The position numbers and the translations under genes are program-made. The notes beneath the pieces are model-generated. The model ran no database searches and was not told the DNA's origin. It worked only from the letters and a program-made list of their open reading frames with translations. A stretch of 59,032 nt of DNA, counting the filler, from Basidiobolus ranarum (lineage: Eukaryota), in the NCBI GenBank assembly GCA_040143965.1. It is 9 parts of 9 records of this genome, joined end to end, with 100 filler letters (N's around TTAATTAATTAA, not from the genome) between each part and the next. Parts side by side here need not be neighbours in the genome. Positions count along the whole stretch, not along the records: positions 1 to 6,500 come from JASJQH010008182.1; positions 6,601 to 13,095 come from JASJQH010008183.1; 7 more parts are not named here. One strand, written 5' to 3'. This document shows, piece after piece, positions 1 to 11,999 of this stretch. Each line of letters opens with the position of its first letter. Position 1 is the stretch's first letter.

Positions 1-351
1 ACCGTTGGAGTCACCAATGAGAACGAAAGCCTTGAAACGGGTTCTTTGACCAGCAGTAGTTTGCTTTTGAACAGGCATGATCTTGACAACTTCATCCTTC
101 AAGGTAGGAAGGAAGAAATCGATGATTTGGTATTCCTTGACAGGGAGAGAGAAGAGGTAGATTTGTTCCATAGACTTGATCTTTCCGTCCTTGACGAGAC
201 GACCAAGCTTGGTAACAGGAACCCATTGAGTTTCTTCGTCCTTGCGTCCACCACGACGACCACGTCCACGTCCACCGCGATCACCACGTCCGCGTCCACG
301 TCCAAAACCACCGCGTCCACCGCGACTATCGGCCGGAGCTGAGTCAGCCAT
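1..351 (-). CDS. RPS2: 40S ribosomal protein S2 (uS5), 5' part, truncated at window start
   Basis: Manual minus-strand translation from ATG at 351: [21 protein letters not shown]...[79 protein letters not shown]-rich N-terminus followed by the uS5 core. Confidence 0.97.
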   Translation of the reverse strand, partial: MADSAPADSRGGRGGFGRGRGRGDRGGRGRGRRGGRKDEETQWVPVTKLGRLVKDGKIKSMEQIYLFSLPVKEYQIIDFFLPTLKDEVVKIMPVQKQTTAGQRTRFKAFVLIGDSNG

Positions 352-354
352 TTG

Positions 355-503
355 CTAATGGATGAATGAGTTAGTAAGTACAACAAAGAAGAGTATCGCT
401 TGGTAGTATCGATTCATTCACACAATGCATCCATCCAGTACCTGAATACCAATGGATGCAATAGGAACGGATACAAAGTGATGATTGATGCAAAACTACT
501 TAC
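355..503 (-). other. 5'-UTR intron of RPS2
   Basis: On the minus strand: GTAAGT donor at 503, TACTAAC branch point at 376-370, CATTAG acceptor at 355, three nt before the ATG. Confidence 0.75.
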
Positions 504-597
504 ATAATCTGACTAAATAAAATAAAACACCAAGGGTGTAGGAGAAGGAAAATCGTTAACGATGTCAAACTCTTTTAAAGTCTAGTCGAAGTGATCG

Positions 598-726
598 GGG
601 TTAGGGTTAAACATCACCAATCAGCGAATGATCGAGAAACAAATTGAAAATTATGACTCGGAGATGAAAAAATTTGCACCTAGAAAACAAAGACTGATGC
701 CCTGATGGGGACCTAGGGTTAGGTTA
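598..726. promoter_or_regulatory. TTAGGG-like motifs upstream of RPS2 (candidate Tbf1/telobox-type sites)
   Basis: GGGTTAGGGTTA at 598-609 and TAGGGTTAGGTTA at about 714-726, in a ribosomal protein promoter. Confidence 0.45.
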
Positions 727-1099
727 AGCATACTCTGGTCTTACACAAAACTTATTGCTTACACTAAGCAATGTTCTTGAATCTAAATCAGTGTTAGGAT
801 TATACCTCCTGCCTTGACCAAATCTATGATGAAAAACCGCTCTCCTATTATTATCTACAACTATGACATCAGATCCTACGCCAAGTTTATACTATGAAAG
901 AAAAGTTGCTATTTACAGAGTGTTTATTGCGCCTTTATTCACTAACAAATATATGACCAGGAGTTCAGCCAAACTAGATGCAAGTGCACACTCATCCCCT
1001 ATTGCCCAATCGATCTTTAGATGTTGAAGCCCTTTTAAAGTCGCTGCTTTCCCCTTGTTGGTTCTTTGATTTCAAACTCATCTTGAGTATAGAAGAGCC

Positions 1100-1749
1100 A
1101 TGAAAATATTTACTTTTACTAGTCTTTTACTTGGTGCTGCTTTTGGTACGCTTTAATATTCAAATATCTTCCTACATCTCTTTACTAATATTTCTTTGCT
1201 GCAGTTTCTGCACTGGAATTTAATACCAAGGTTGTCAAGCAAGAGTATAATGTTGGAGATACACTTGAGGTCTCCATTGTAAATAACTATGACCAGGATC
1301 ACTGGATGGTTGGAATACCTGCGACAGCTATTAGCCTATACGATGTGTCTGGCACTACCAAAATTTTCAGCATTCAAGAAATGAGCCAGCTCAAAGCGTT
1401 TCCTAATTACGGTCAGTCTCTAACAATCGCTAAGTGGGTCATACCCGAAGAACTCGAGACTGAATACAAAATTGGAGAGACATTTTCTTTAGAAATTGAC
1501 TATCAACAATCCAAACGTGGCACTGCAAAGCCTATTAGTCTAAACATCCATCAACCGATTACTATTCATGGAATTCGTGGTACTGGTTCAAAGGCTTTAC
1601 CTCCTCCTCAACCGCGTAATCAACCAACTGGTTGGGATGATGAGGAAGCCCCTTCTGCTGAAGCTAATGAACCAAACGCTCAAGCTCAATACAGTGCCAC
1701 TTGGGCATACAATATGATCAAAGCTTTATTAGTGAATCATCTCATGTAA
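1100..1749 (+). CDS. Secreted hypothetical protein, probable beta-sandwich/Ig-like fold; exons 1100-1145 and 1205-1749
   Basis: ATG at 1100 gives signal peptide MKIFTFTSLLLGAAFVSA. A GT..CAG intron (1146-1204) joins in frame to ORF 1306-1749. Pro/Glu-rich linker near the C-terminus. Confidence 0.75.
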
Positions 1750-2210
1750 ATATCTTGGAATCTTTTTTCAATGACTTTCAACCAGCCACTTAACGAATCA
1801 TTTTAATAAATTTAACACTATCTCCCAATCACATCGAAAAGCTAAAAATAATTCATTGGATGAAATATTACTTGTGAACCTGCTTATCTACCTGATCCAT
1901 AATTATTGTACGAATCTTCTTTTCTTCATCATTTCTATAACGTTCACCTATCATGTGAGAATCAAATCATATATAAAAATGAATCATTTTAATCATCATT
2001 TATCTATGGTGATTTACGAAATCTTCGAGATCCGATCCCAGTGTAAATATGTACTTTGTAATATCTATCTAATGTCATTTTTCATCAACTATACTTTCGA
2101 TAGCAGCCTACATGCACAGACTGCATACAGTAACATGATTGGATTCAGATGTAATACCCACGCTAATTTACCTGAGTAGGAATACTGAAAACAAACAAAT
2201 CATTTTTATC

Positions 2211-2283
2211 AAAGAGTACAGAGCATTGGTAACGTTCACTTAAAGAGTACTCAAAGAGTACAGAGCATTGGTAACATTCACTT
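2211..2283 (+). repeat. Short direct duplication, about 31 bp x2
   Basis: AAAGAGTACAGAGCATTGGTAAC(G/A)TTCACTT occurs twice. Confidence 0.8.
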
Positions 2284-2463
2284 TGGATAAAAAATAATCT
2301 TCGAGTCATTTTTGCAAATATTCTATACTTTTCTATTGGGGTTCCAATTATCTATTAGAATATATAAATATCTCTTCTTGATATGGTATATTTTGAAAGT
2401 ACTCCCGGTGTTGAAAATAGTTAATCAGTATTTGTTAGGATTTAGTTAGACAAATACTTGGGC

Positions 2464-2759
2464 TGTTAAAGTATTTTGGGAACCGGTTGGAAGTGGTTTG
2501 GAGTTAGAGAAATTGGTGGTTTTCACTTATTGATTTAATGAGTTGAAAGTTGACATTTATAGTTTTTTAGTATGTAAGCAAACTAATGAGTAGAATGTGT
2601 TAAGGAAGGTCCCAGGTGTTGAAGTATTTGGGAGACTGTTGGAAGTAGTTTGGAGAATTAGAGAAATTGGTTGTTTTCACTTGGTGATTTATTGAGATGA
2701 AGGCTGACATTTCAGGTTTTGTCAAAATGTAAGCAAACTAACATATAGAATGTGTTAAG
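2464..2759 (-). mobile_element. Two truncated copia LTR-A fragments in tandem (2464-2616 and 2617-2759)
   Basis: Each is the reverse complement of the 3' about 150 bp of the LTR at 2760-3107, starting TGTTAAAG and TGTTGAAG. Confidence 0.85.
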
Positions 2760-4689
2760 TGTGGAAATTAGTATTGTCTAAACACCTATATAGTCATATA
2801 TAACTTAGTACTTAGTTATCTTATATTTCACTAAGATATTATCAATTATTCTCAATTAAAATTTACTTCAATTATTTTTACCAACTTAGAAGTTCTCAGA
2901 TATATAGATTTTTCAAACTTGTGCTAGAAGCCCCAAACTTTGCACACATGTTTCTGGGACCTTTCTTAGCCCACTCTACATGTTGGTTTGTCTATGTCTT
3001 GACAAAACTATAAATGTCAACTTTCTACTCAATAAATCAACAAGTGAAAACCACCAATTTCTCTAATTCTCAAAACCACTTCCAACAGACTCCCAAATAC
3101 TTTAACAAACAGGTTATGTGCCCCAAGCTTGCACTCTCTGTAATGTCTACTTCTTAAATTTATGGAACTTTTCCCTCTTCTGAAAAATTGGATGGAACCA
3201 ATTATCAAGTTTGGAAAATTAAAAAGAAAATGCTGCTGCAAGAAAAAGAACTCTAGGACACTGTTGTGGGAGAAGAAATCAATGCAAAACTATCTGAAAC
3301 CAAAGTTTTACTCCAGGTTAAAAAAGAACCAAGTGCCTTTAACACAATTTGTCTTAATGTTAAAGACAAACTGCTGGTTCAATGTTCAAGAGCTAAAACT
3401 GCCAAGAAGGTATGGAAAGCCTTGGAAGACACCTACCAAACAAGTTCTGCTGCCAACAAGATGTTACTAAGAAGACAATTCTTCAACTTAAAGATGAAGC
3501 CAGGAGAAGACATTCAATCACTAATTAAAAGAGTCACTGTTTTAGTGGATGAAATGGAAGGCATTGGAGTACCCACCACTGATCAAGATATCATAGTTAC
3601 CATCCTGAATAGCTTGCCACATATTGGGAAAATATGAGCTGTTTGGAGGAACTTTAGAAAAGTGAAGTTGTGAAATAGCTATGTGAGATAATTCTTTATT
3701 GTCCAGAAATAAAGCATTTATACTTTTTGGTGGAAATACAGAAAACTAGCACTGGGGTTATGTTTAGAACATCAGTGTGAGTAAAATGAGCTACTTTTGG
3801 GGCATTTTGAACAAGTTTGAAATTTCCAATATGGAATTGCTAATTCTCACATTATTCACATATATATATAATATATTTTCTGATTTGCAACTAAGTGATA
3901 TTTGACTAAGTAATGTTAACTAACATATATGTGATAGATGAAATAGTTAGGTGTATAAAGATGGAGATAAAAAATATGATAAAGACAATAAACTTCAATA
4001 CCTCACAAGTTTCAAAGCCTGGTAATGGCTCTAGAATCAAGAACAGAAAATTTGACCTTAAATTATGTATTTGGCAGACTTCTGGATGAAGCTTTATGCA
4101 AATTGGGATCCAATCAAAAGAATGAAGAAAATGCTTCAATAGGCTATGGGAAACCTTCCTATAAAGGTCTGAAGCACTTTAAGAAGAAAAGTAATACATT
4201 CTGTGATTACTCTAGAAGAACTTGCCATTTAAGGAAAGATAGCTTTAAAAGAATTACAAAAGAAGATAAATGTACTAAATCTGGAAATGTGGTTACAACA
4301 GAAGATCACTGGTTCATATCTGCTCTATCTATGACTATCAACAAGGATTCCCAGATGAGGTATATTGATTCTGGAGCTTCCCAACATTTCACAAATGAAA
4401 AACATTGGTTTATGGATTACAAAGAAATTTCAATTAGAAAGATTTCATGGGAGATGACCACACATTGGATGCTATTAGAAAGGGAACAATTCAAGTCAAT
4501 TTCACTGGAGCTTCTGATGAGAAAGTATATACTTTTAAGGATGTATTTCATGTTCCAGATATTGCCAAGTATTTAACATCTGTATACAAGGCCACCTCAG
4601 AAGGGCTAAAATTCAATTTTGATAAGTTAGGATGCACCATCACTGATCAATATGGGAATTATTTGCTTTGGGAGAAAAGGGTCAGAACT
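2760..4689 (+). mobile_element. Degenerate Ty1/copia retrotransposon, 5' part: LTR-A (2760-3107), PBS (about 3112-3125), gag, protease
   Basis: TG...CA LTR that recurs elsewhere in the window; PBS GGTTATGTGCCCC; gag motifs EKLDGTNYQVWK and UBN2-like TAKKVWKALEDTY...ILNSLP; protease YIDSGASQHF; frameshifts present. Confidence 0.92.
3622..4000. mobile_element. 379-bp insertion (probable solo LTR, TATTG...CAATA ends) within copia gag
   Basis: Interrupts gag at NSLP/HKFQ and is flanked by CCACA/CCTCA. The empty site is visible in the paralogous copy at about 25780 (CTGCCACACAAGTTTC). Confidence 0.8.
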
Positions 4690-6500
4690 CCCTAACAAAA
4701 ATAAAATCAATTTGATCTGGATTGGATCCACCCTCCAAAAACTGTCAGAGAACCATCATAATATTGGTGGCTGACATTCTGCCAGGGAATTTGATGGTGT
4801 GACAATGGTCTTTTGATGGTATTCATACATGTTAAAATATTGATCCTCAGATTTGGCATGCATTATTCAATATCTGGCAATTTTTGCAAAATCTGATTTT
4901 CAAATGGCAAATTACTGGGTTTACTGCTGTAGGAATTCAAATCAATATGCATGCCTTTATTTAAATACTTTGGGCTTTGTATTCCAGCCATAATGAGAAT
5001 CAAAAAATACAAGAATCTTGTTGTGTTTAGTCTCTACATATGCACATACTTGACTGATTAGACATAACTCAACAACATCAATATGCTTTATCAGCAAACT
5101 GGACTTGTTCCATTGTGCCAAGATTTATTGGACCTTGGATCAATATATTAGAGTAAATGTGATTGAAATTGATCATGCCAGAGGGTGATAGATAGTGCCA
5201 AATTGTGCCTCATAAATTTTAGAATACTTTATCCAATATGATATATACAGCACAATCTGGCACTATCACAGAGAACAAGTCCACTAAAAGTGGAAAAATT
5301 GCTAAACATCCAAAATTTTGAATAGCACTGATACTTGGCAAATAGCTGACTCTTGTTACCATTCACAATGAGAATAAGCTCTTGGATTTTGGCAAATTTC
5401 CATAATTAATTCAGCAAATATATCCCCAACTTGCAGTCAACAAATGTCCTGCCACAAGTAGATATGTCATTGCTTGAATAGATTACACCATGGCTAAAAC
5501 AATAATACTGCATATCTTGATCTAGCACACCAAGAAGTCTGTCTTGCAGCTTTCCTAAAATTACCATCAGATTATTACACAAACAAATTAGTCCAAATTA
5601 TAGAGGTACATACTCTGTGTTTATGGATTGGGCTTTGTTGCTGTTATTGCACTCAAACAATGCAAAAACCTGTGAGCACATTGAAAAGAGCCCTTTGTTG
5701 GAAGGTTAATATACACTGGAGTTGCCTTAACCAATTGCATTACATCCATCACTGATTTTGCTGATATGTTGTTTATCAGATTAGCATATGGTAATACTGA
5801 CAATTTCACATGGAGCATCATTTCACCACAGGTGTGCTCCATTGGAAACTCCCAGAATGTATAGCAAGGGCCTATAATCTCTAAGCATTGTGAAAGATGC
5901 AGCAGGGAATGTATTGAATACTGGCATAGATTCAGTCTATCTTCTTTAAACCTGTAATAAAGTTTTTCATATCCAATTACAAAATCTTTGCACAGTTGCT
6001 GTATCTGCCTGAGATCTGCCAATGTGAGTTGATGCCATAAGAATATATTAACAATATCAACAAACAACTCCCAATGTTGCCAATACTTATCAGGCAGAAA
6101 TCTTTTCAAAATTCCACTTGAATATATACAAATCCAATACTTCCAGTCTTTGCATTTGAATAAATGCCTAGATGAGTGGATATTGATGGGAGTCCTGGTA
6201 AAATATGATGGTATCTTGACATTTTCAAGCATTTTCCCAATTGATTCAAACTTTGATCCTATCTTGAGTGGCTCATTTATATTAAATTTCCCACTATATA
6301 GCTGGGTAAGTAATATTGGAATATTGTTGAATAGTATACACATAGTGCCTAATTCGAAACTTTGGCTCCAGCTGATCCCCTTTAGCAACATAATCTTAGG
6401 CTTATGGCTAATACCAAGTTTGATGTTAGACTGACTATTTGGTGAATTGATATCAGTGATCATGTTGAAATCTGACCAGGCTCTTGATGGTAAAATCATG
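4690..6500 (-). mobile_element. CACTA/EnSpm (Tnp2-type transposase) DNA transposon, 3' half with terminus
   Basis: ORF 5621-6499 contains FKCKDWK, CQYSIHSLLHL..C....GP....WEFPMEH. The terminus CCCTAACAAAA is shared with copies ending at 16009 and 18474. Confidence 0.88.
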
Positions 6501-6600
6501 NNNNNNNNNNNNNNNNNNNNNNNNNNNNNNNNNNNNNNNNNNNNTTAATTAATTAANNNNNNNNNNNNNNNNNNNNNNNNNNNNNNNNNNNNNNNNNNNN
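6501..6600. other. Artificial contig linker N-TTAATTAATTAA-N; also at 13096-13195, 19676-19775, 26249-26348, 32820-32919, 39382-39481, 45937-46036 and 52487-52586
   Basis: Identical 100-nt N-padded spacer with stops in all six frames; the flanking segments decrease monotonically in length. Confidence 0.97.
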
Positions 6601-6842
6601 CTATTCACAATGGTGAGCTTGCACATGCAGAGTTTGAGAACTACCCTATTTTCAACATTGTGATTACCAAGAATGTCAGCAATGTGCCAAGTGAAGTGTT
6701 GAATCCCTCAACAGCTTGGACAGGCACCAAGGAGACATACGTTGCTACAGTTGAGAAGCTAGCTGGTCTCTTCAATGAGAACTTCCAGCTGTATGCCGAT
6801 CAAGCTACACCTGAAATCGTCAATGCTGGGCCTCGTCTATAG
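6601..6842 (+). CDS. PCK1: Phosphoenolpyruvate carboxykinase (ATP), C-terminal fragment
   Basis: IHNGELAHAEFENYPIFNIVITKNVSNVPSEVLNPSTAWTG...KLAGLFNENFQLYADQATPEIVNAGPRL* matches the PEPCK-ATP C-terminus; cut by the contig edge. Confidence 0.92.
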
Positions 6843-9800
6843 CTCAGGCATTGATTTCAAAATGATTTATTTCCTCGTTTCCCCCTAAATTTGTATAAAG
6901 ATTAAAGTAAATGGGGTAATACCCTAATAATATGTGAACATCATTTTTCATTACTATCAGTAAAGTGATTTAAAGTAGATTCTAGTTTGGAACTTTCTAC
7001 TCATTATCTGGTAGGTTTGAAGCTGGGAATCTTAGGAATTCTGACTTTAGATAGAAGCAATTGTGGAATTCACTTTCGTCAAGTAATTACTTAACTTTAT
7101 TCGATTCTGCTTATTTTTTGTCCCACACGTATTTGATTATTTTAAAGTTAGTTGTGCTGAAACCAAAAGGAATTCAATCATTTGACTTATGGAAACTCTC
7201 GTCACCAAGGAAGGATCATACACTGGTCGATTTATATACGGTCTCATTACTACTAGTTGTAGCAGTATCATGAGGATTGACAACTGATAGGTCGGATCGA
7301 TTAATGTAGACCTCAGTGGTTAGCTTAGTGTCATGGTAATAGTGTAGTAGAAATCGAAATTGAAAAGGAAAGTTCCCTTCATACTACGCGTGATAGTTAC
7401 TTGGATTTAAAATAGATGCTTCGGAGTTCTGGTTTGTTCCCTTTTGGGTTAGGTATTCGAAATTGTCTACTGCTTTAAGATTATGAAGAATATCCATGGA
7501 GAGTTAGCGAAGTCCGGTTCTAACTGGTACCAGTGTCATTCAATAGCATAATATGAGGCAGCTGATGATTACCTTTATGACGTGGCACACGCTGTCGAAG
7601 GTTCCGATTGAACAGAGTAATATATGTTAAACTAGGTTGCATTTAATATGCCAGATTCATGCACTATATTGGGTGAGTAGTTTCACCTTAAAAAGGCCGA
7701 GAAATTTCACTAATGTGAATACTCCGCTAGCAATACGGAGATGAAACAACACCCATATTTAGAATGCTCTATCCAGATGGATAATTTCAGATTTCCGATT
7801 GAAATTCTCAGAACCCCAAAAATAATTACAATTCTAACATCGAAGGATCCTTGATATTCCCATGTTACGAAATGTTGGCTTGATAGGTTATTCGGTTCCA
7901 ATACTGTGTGTTTCCTAACAGGCTTACTAATGAGAGGATTGATGTTGTACTGATCTCGACAAGTGCAACTGCCACGCTATGTTGAATAATCAAAGTAATT
8001 GGGGCTACAATTCCTTCGATTACAAGATTCATTCGCCTACTTGGATTATACACTTTAGAGTCGTACCGAGAAAACTTTACCACTTGGACTTCCACAACTT
8101 GTTATAACTCCAATGTACTCATGGCATTTGTAGATTCGTAGATGTTGAATATTAATAACGCTGGAGTTGCTACAAAGCTTGATTATTGACAAATTGGTAA
8201 AATCTAATCCAAGCCATCAGCAACTATTTGAAACTACTGTGAGGGGGCGTGTTTGTTGTATATAGCATGCATGCTGACAGGCGAGTACTGGAGCAAGATT
8301 TGAGATTCAATGCCAGACGAAGGGCTATGATGATGCTCCGCCACACGTTTATGCTGTATTCCTGATCACTGTATCTACGGACCGGGAGTTGGCAGGAATT
8401 TTGGATGGTTCTCAGCTCCGTTTTGGTCAGGTTTATTGACGCAATATGCATTCAGAAGATGTGATAGGCTGAGGTACATGCAAGTTGGATCTTTATACTT
8501 TGGGTCCCATCCCGCATAACTGTTAAATTCTTAGACATTGAATGCAGTCAAGTATAATTGCTCCCCTCATGATGATTCTTTGATGAAGTGTCAGTTTATA
8601 GATCTAAATTACTATTACTATATCTCACTGATGTGATTGTAGTCATATTTCATCAGCAAATAGCAAGCTACATTGTCAGAGCTGTGACATACAAACATTG
8701 AATCAATGCAAAATGATGAACATCATTGAATAACTCCTTATATGATTTACCATAACAAAATATGTAATAATTTATCCTGGTAAGCATGACATAATAATGT
8801 ACAAGATCCACATAGCTATAGCAAGATGGATATTACTTGTATTATGCAGTGAGTAGGAGATATCAATTCCAAATATTGCTGGAGACATACTTGGTTTCAC
8901 TTATAAACACAGATATATGCGTCTAACTCTATTTAATAGAATAGCTCTTCCAACATGGCTGATTGTATTCAATGTGCTGACATAGCGCAACGGTCAATGC
9001 ACCTACTCATATACATTGCTGAACACTAAGTTGTAAATACTGTATTACTAACCAAGTAGCCATTAGCTAAATCAAAGTATTCCTCTTTCTGTTCATACTG
9101 GATTCTTATTTTTAAATTTTATAAATCCCAGGTGGGTGTATCTGAAATGCAACATCTACTAACGTTTGATCCCAATTTTGAATATTTTGATAGCCACATC
9201 GAATGTTATTGGCTAATAAACAAGTGATCAAGCATTTGATGGAGCTTCTTTCAATGCATGTATTTGCTATCATACGCGAAACAGAACTTGTCTCCTTCAA
9301 CTTTCATTTCTAATAAAGTCATTTTGTTCACCAATACATGGCAAATTATGAAAAGATTTGGAAATATCTTATGTCAGGAGTCACCTTCCATGTGCCCATT
9401 ACTGAAAAGCAGCATTTTTTTAACACATGAAGTTGTGTTTATCAATGGGGAAAAATTTGTTACATTGAACTTGTGATAACATGATAGATATCTAACAGAT
9501 ATTTATTGATTATAAGAGATTTGATTGGTGCTAGTAAGCAAGATTTATATGTAACATTCTATTAGGTTGATCAAACCTGCAATGTTAAAGCTCCAAATCA
9601 TATAGAACATAAGATATAGAGATGTAACTAACAATGAATAATACTAGTGCAAAAGGCATGTCGAACCTAAAACTGATCCATGCACTCTGATGAATAAATA
9701 TGCATTTAGTATCGTCAAGAGTTGTGGATTCACCTTGAGAACATGAAACATTGTTATTTGGGCTGTGCTTAGGCAATGTGACAAATATCTGGGTAGTATA

Positions 9801-11999
9801 TTGACTAAATGCTGAGATATTGTCATTTGAAAAATGCACGCAAAAAAGTAAATCAATCATAAGTGCTAGTATTTATATAGGTATTCAAGATCATAGTAGG
9901 TCTTAGAAGATATTGTAAGTATAAAATCATAAAGTATCAGCAGACATAAAAGTTCAAGGTTAGCGTGAAAGCATCATTATTCAAATTCAAGATATGAAGA
10001 ATTGAACTAATTGCAAATCATGCTAAAGAGAAGCTGTAATAGAACAAACATATAACGCACAAGTTACGAATTTAGAAGGATACCCTTCAACATGCAACTC
10101 TTCATTGACTTATTTGATGTACAAATCATACTTCGTTCAGCATCACGCACTCTAAATTGTCTATGGAGGTTAATCTACCTCAATCCTCCTTATCTTTCGA
10201 CTCGCAATTCAAAGTAATGTGGGCTATTATTATCGATTTTGTTTATTTTTGTAATGTTTGTGAGCTTAGGAGAGGAGTCTAATCTAATTGCTGCAATCAT
10301 TACAACAGTGGCGTATGAATACTAGTGTTAATCCCTATTGACAGGGGAAATCAATCAGGCGGATAATGTGGTTTAATTCACTGATACTAGCCACCTGGGT
10401 ACTATCAAGGATATTATCAATGAGCAGGATCAACATGCTTCTCGTGGGAGTAAAATAATCTTTTCGATTCAAACTCCGGCTACACAGAAGCTAACAAAGC
10501 CAAATTGAACATGCTTTCTGAAACAGCCGTTCGCCGAAATTCAAAAGTGGTTATTTTGGAATAGAGATTCAAGGACATTTATTCATGTATTGTATGGTCT
10601 ATCCAAAACACAATCCAATGATTTGAACAATGGATAAATGCCTGGTATCAAATATTACCAGCTATAACAAATGATCTTTCTAATCATCAGAGTTAGGTTG
10701 ATATTGACGATAGTAGCAACCGTATGAGCAGATTCAGTGAAATTTTTGGATGCAGTGAAGGGCCCGGTAAGTGCCGAGTAGTAACTTAAAGCCACTGATT
10801 CACTTCGACGCTTATTCCTGAACAACTTACTCGGTGGTGCAGAGGAACTCTTTATGCTACAATGAAATGCGTCAAGAGTCATCCACCGAGTATTTACTTC
10901 TATTTGAGATCTACAAATATATATCGTACATAGTAATTACTAAGTTCCCAGTGAGAATTCAAAATATCCTAATTGATAGATTTCAATGAAGATACATAGG
11001 TGGTGCATAAGGCATCAAGCAGAAGTTATCATTTACGTTAATAAATTGATTTTGGCAGGTTAGTAGAGATCAGACGGTGCATTTCGTTAATAAATATTTG
11101 TAGCCAACTGTAACTACAATTATTCCCAGTTCCCATTAACTCTGGCATGAGAATGCATCGACTCTCACTGGAGCATCCATAACATAGCCACATTGTTGTT
11201 GTACTAATCATTCCATTTAAGTTAGTAACGAATTTATGGCAGAAATTACAACATTCGTCAGACTGGGATTTAGCCTACCCTTGCACAAAAATGAGTATGA
11301 GCCACATGGGATGACAGAACTAATAGTGGTAGAGAAGTGTAGGAAAATTAGGTAACTATTATTTAATAAGTAGAATGCAATCCAATTCTCCGTAAGAGTT
11401 CAAACCAAGTATCCTATCCTGGGAAAGTATGCAGGGCTTAATAAATCGATTTTCCCGCCACTAGCGCGTCCTACAATACGTGACACAATGATACCGAAAA
11501 TTCTTTCATCAACGTAACTCATCAAATCCTTGTCTCATTATTTAAAAATTTTGAACGCTCTGTTGTTGACATTGCCATGTGAATTGAAATTTTAACCGGT
11601 TCCTATTTCACCACCTCTGGGTGCGCATGGTCTAGAATAGTAGTGGATGTAGGACGATACTGAGCAGAGCGACATTCCATGCCTGTTAGTTGTACAACAT
11701 TAGGATTTTTCCTTTTTGCTGTATATCGGTCCGGGTGTTATCATGTTCCTGTTTCTATAGCCAGTAAATTTAGGAGATTGAATAAGATAGATCGAAATGA
11801 AATCATCTTGGTGTGGAACCTGGTATTCTCATTAATTTTACAGGTGTTATACAAACTGTATTAGATATACTGAATTTGCTCGATAAACGCGATCACAAGT
11901 TAGCAGTAGAATGGAGAATTGGAAAATATATAAAGATGTCTCATATCATCCTCTAAAGATACAATAAACTCACCTTCCTTAACCAACCCTTTGAGAGAA

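Noticed and set aside
46-386. ORFs 46-342 (+) and 99-386 (-)
   Set aside because: Antisense and off-frame shadows of RPS2.
7000-11900. Short ORFs and exon-like patches, for example 8280-8440 and 10160-10900
   Set aside because: No coherent spliced model or recognisable motif could be built; may be decayed genes.
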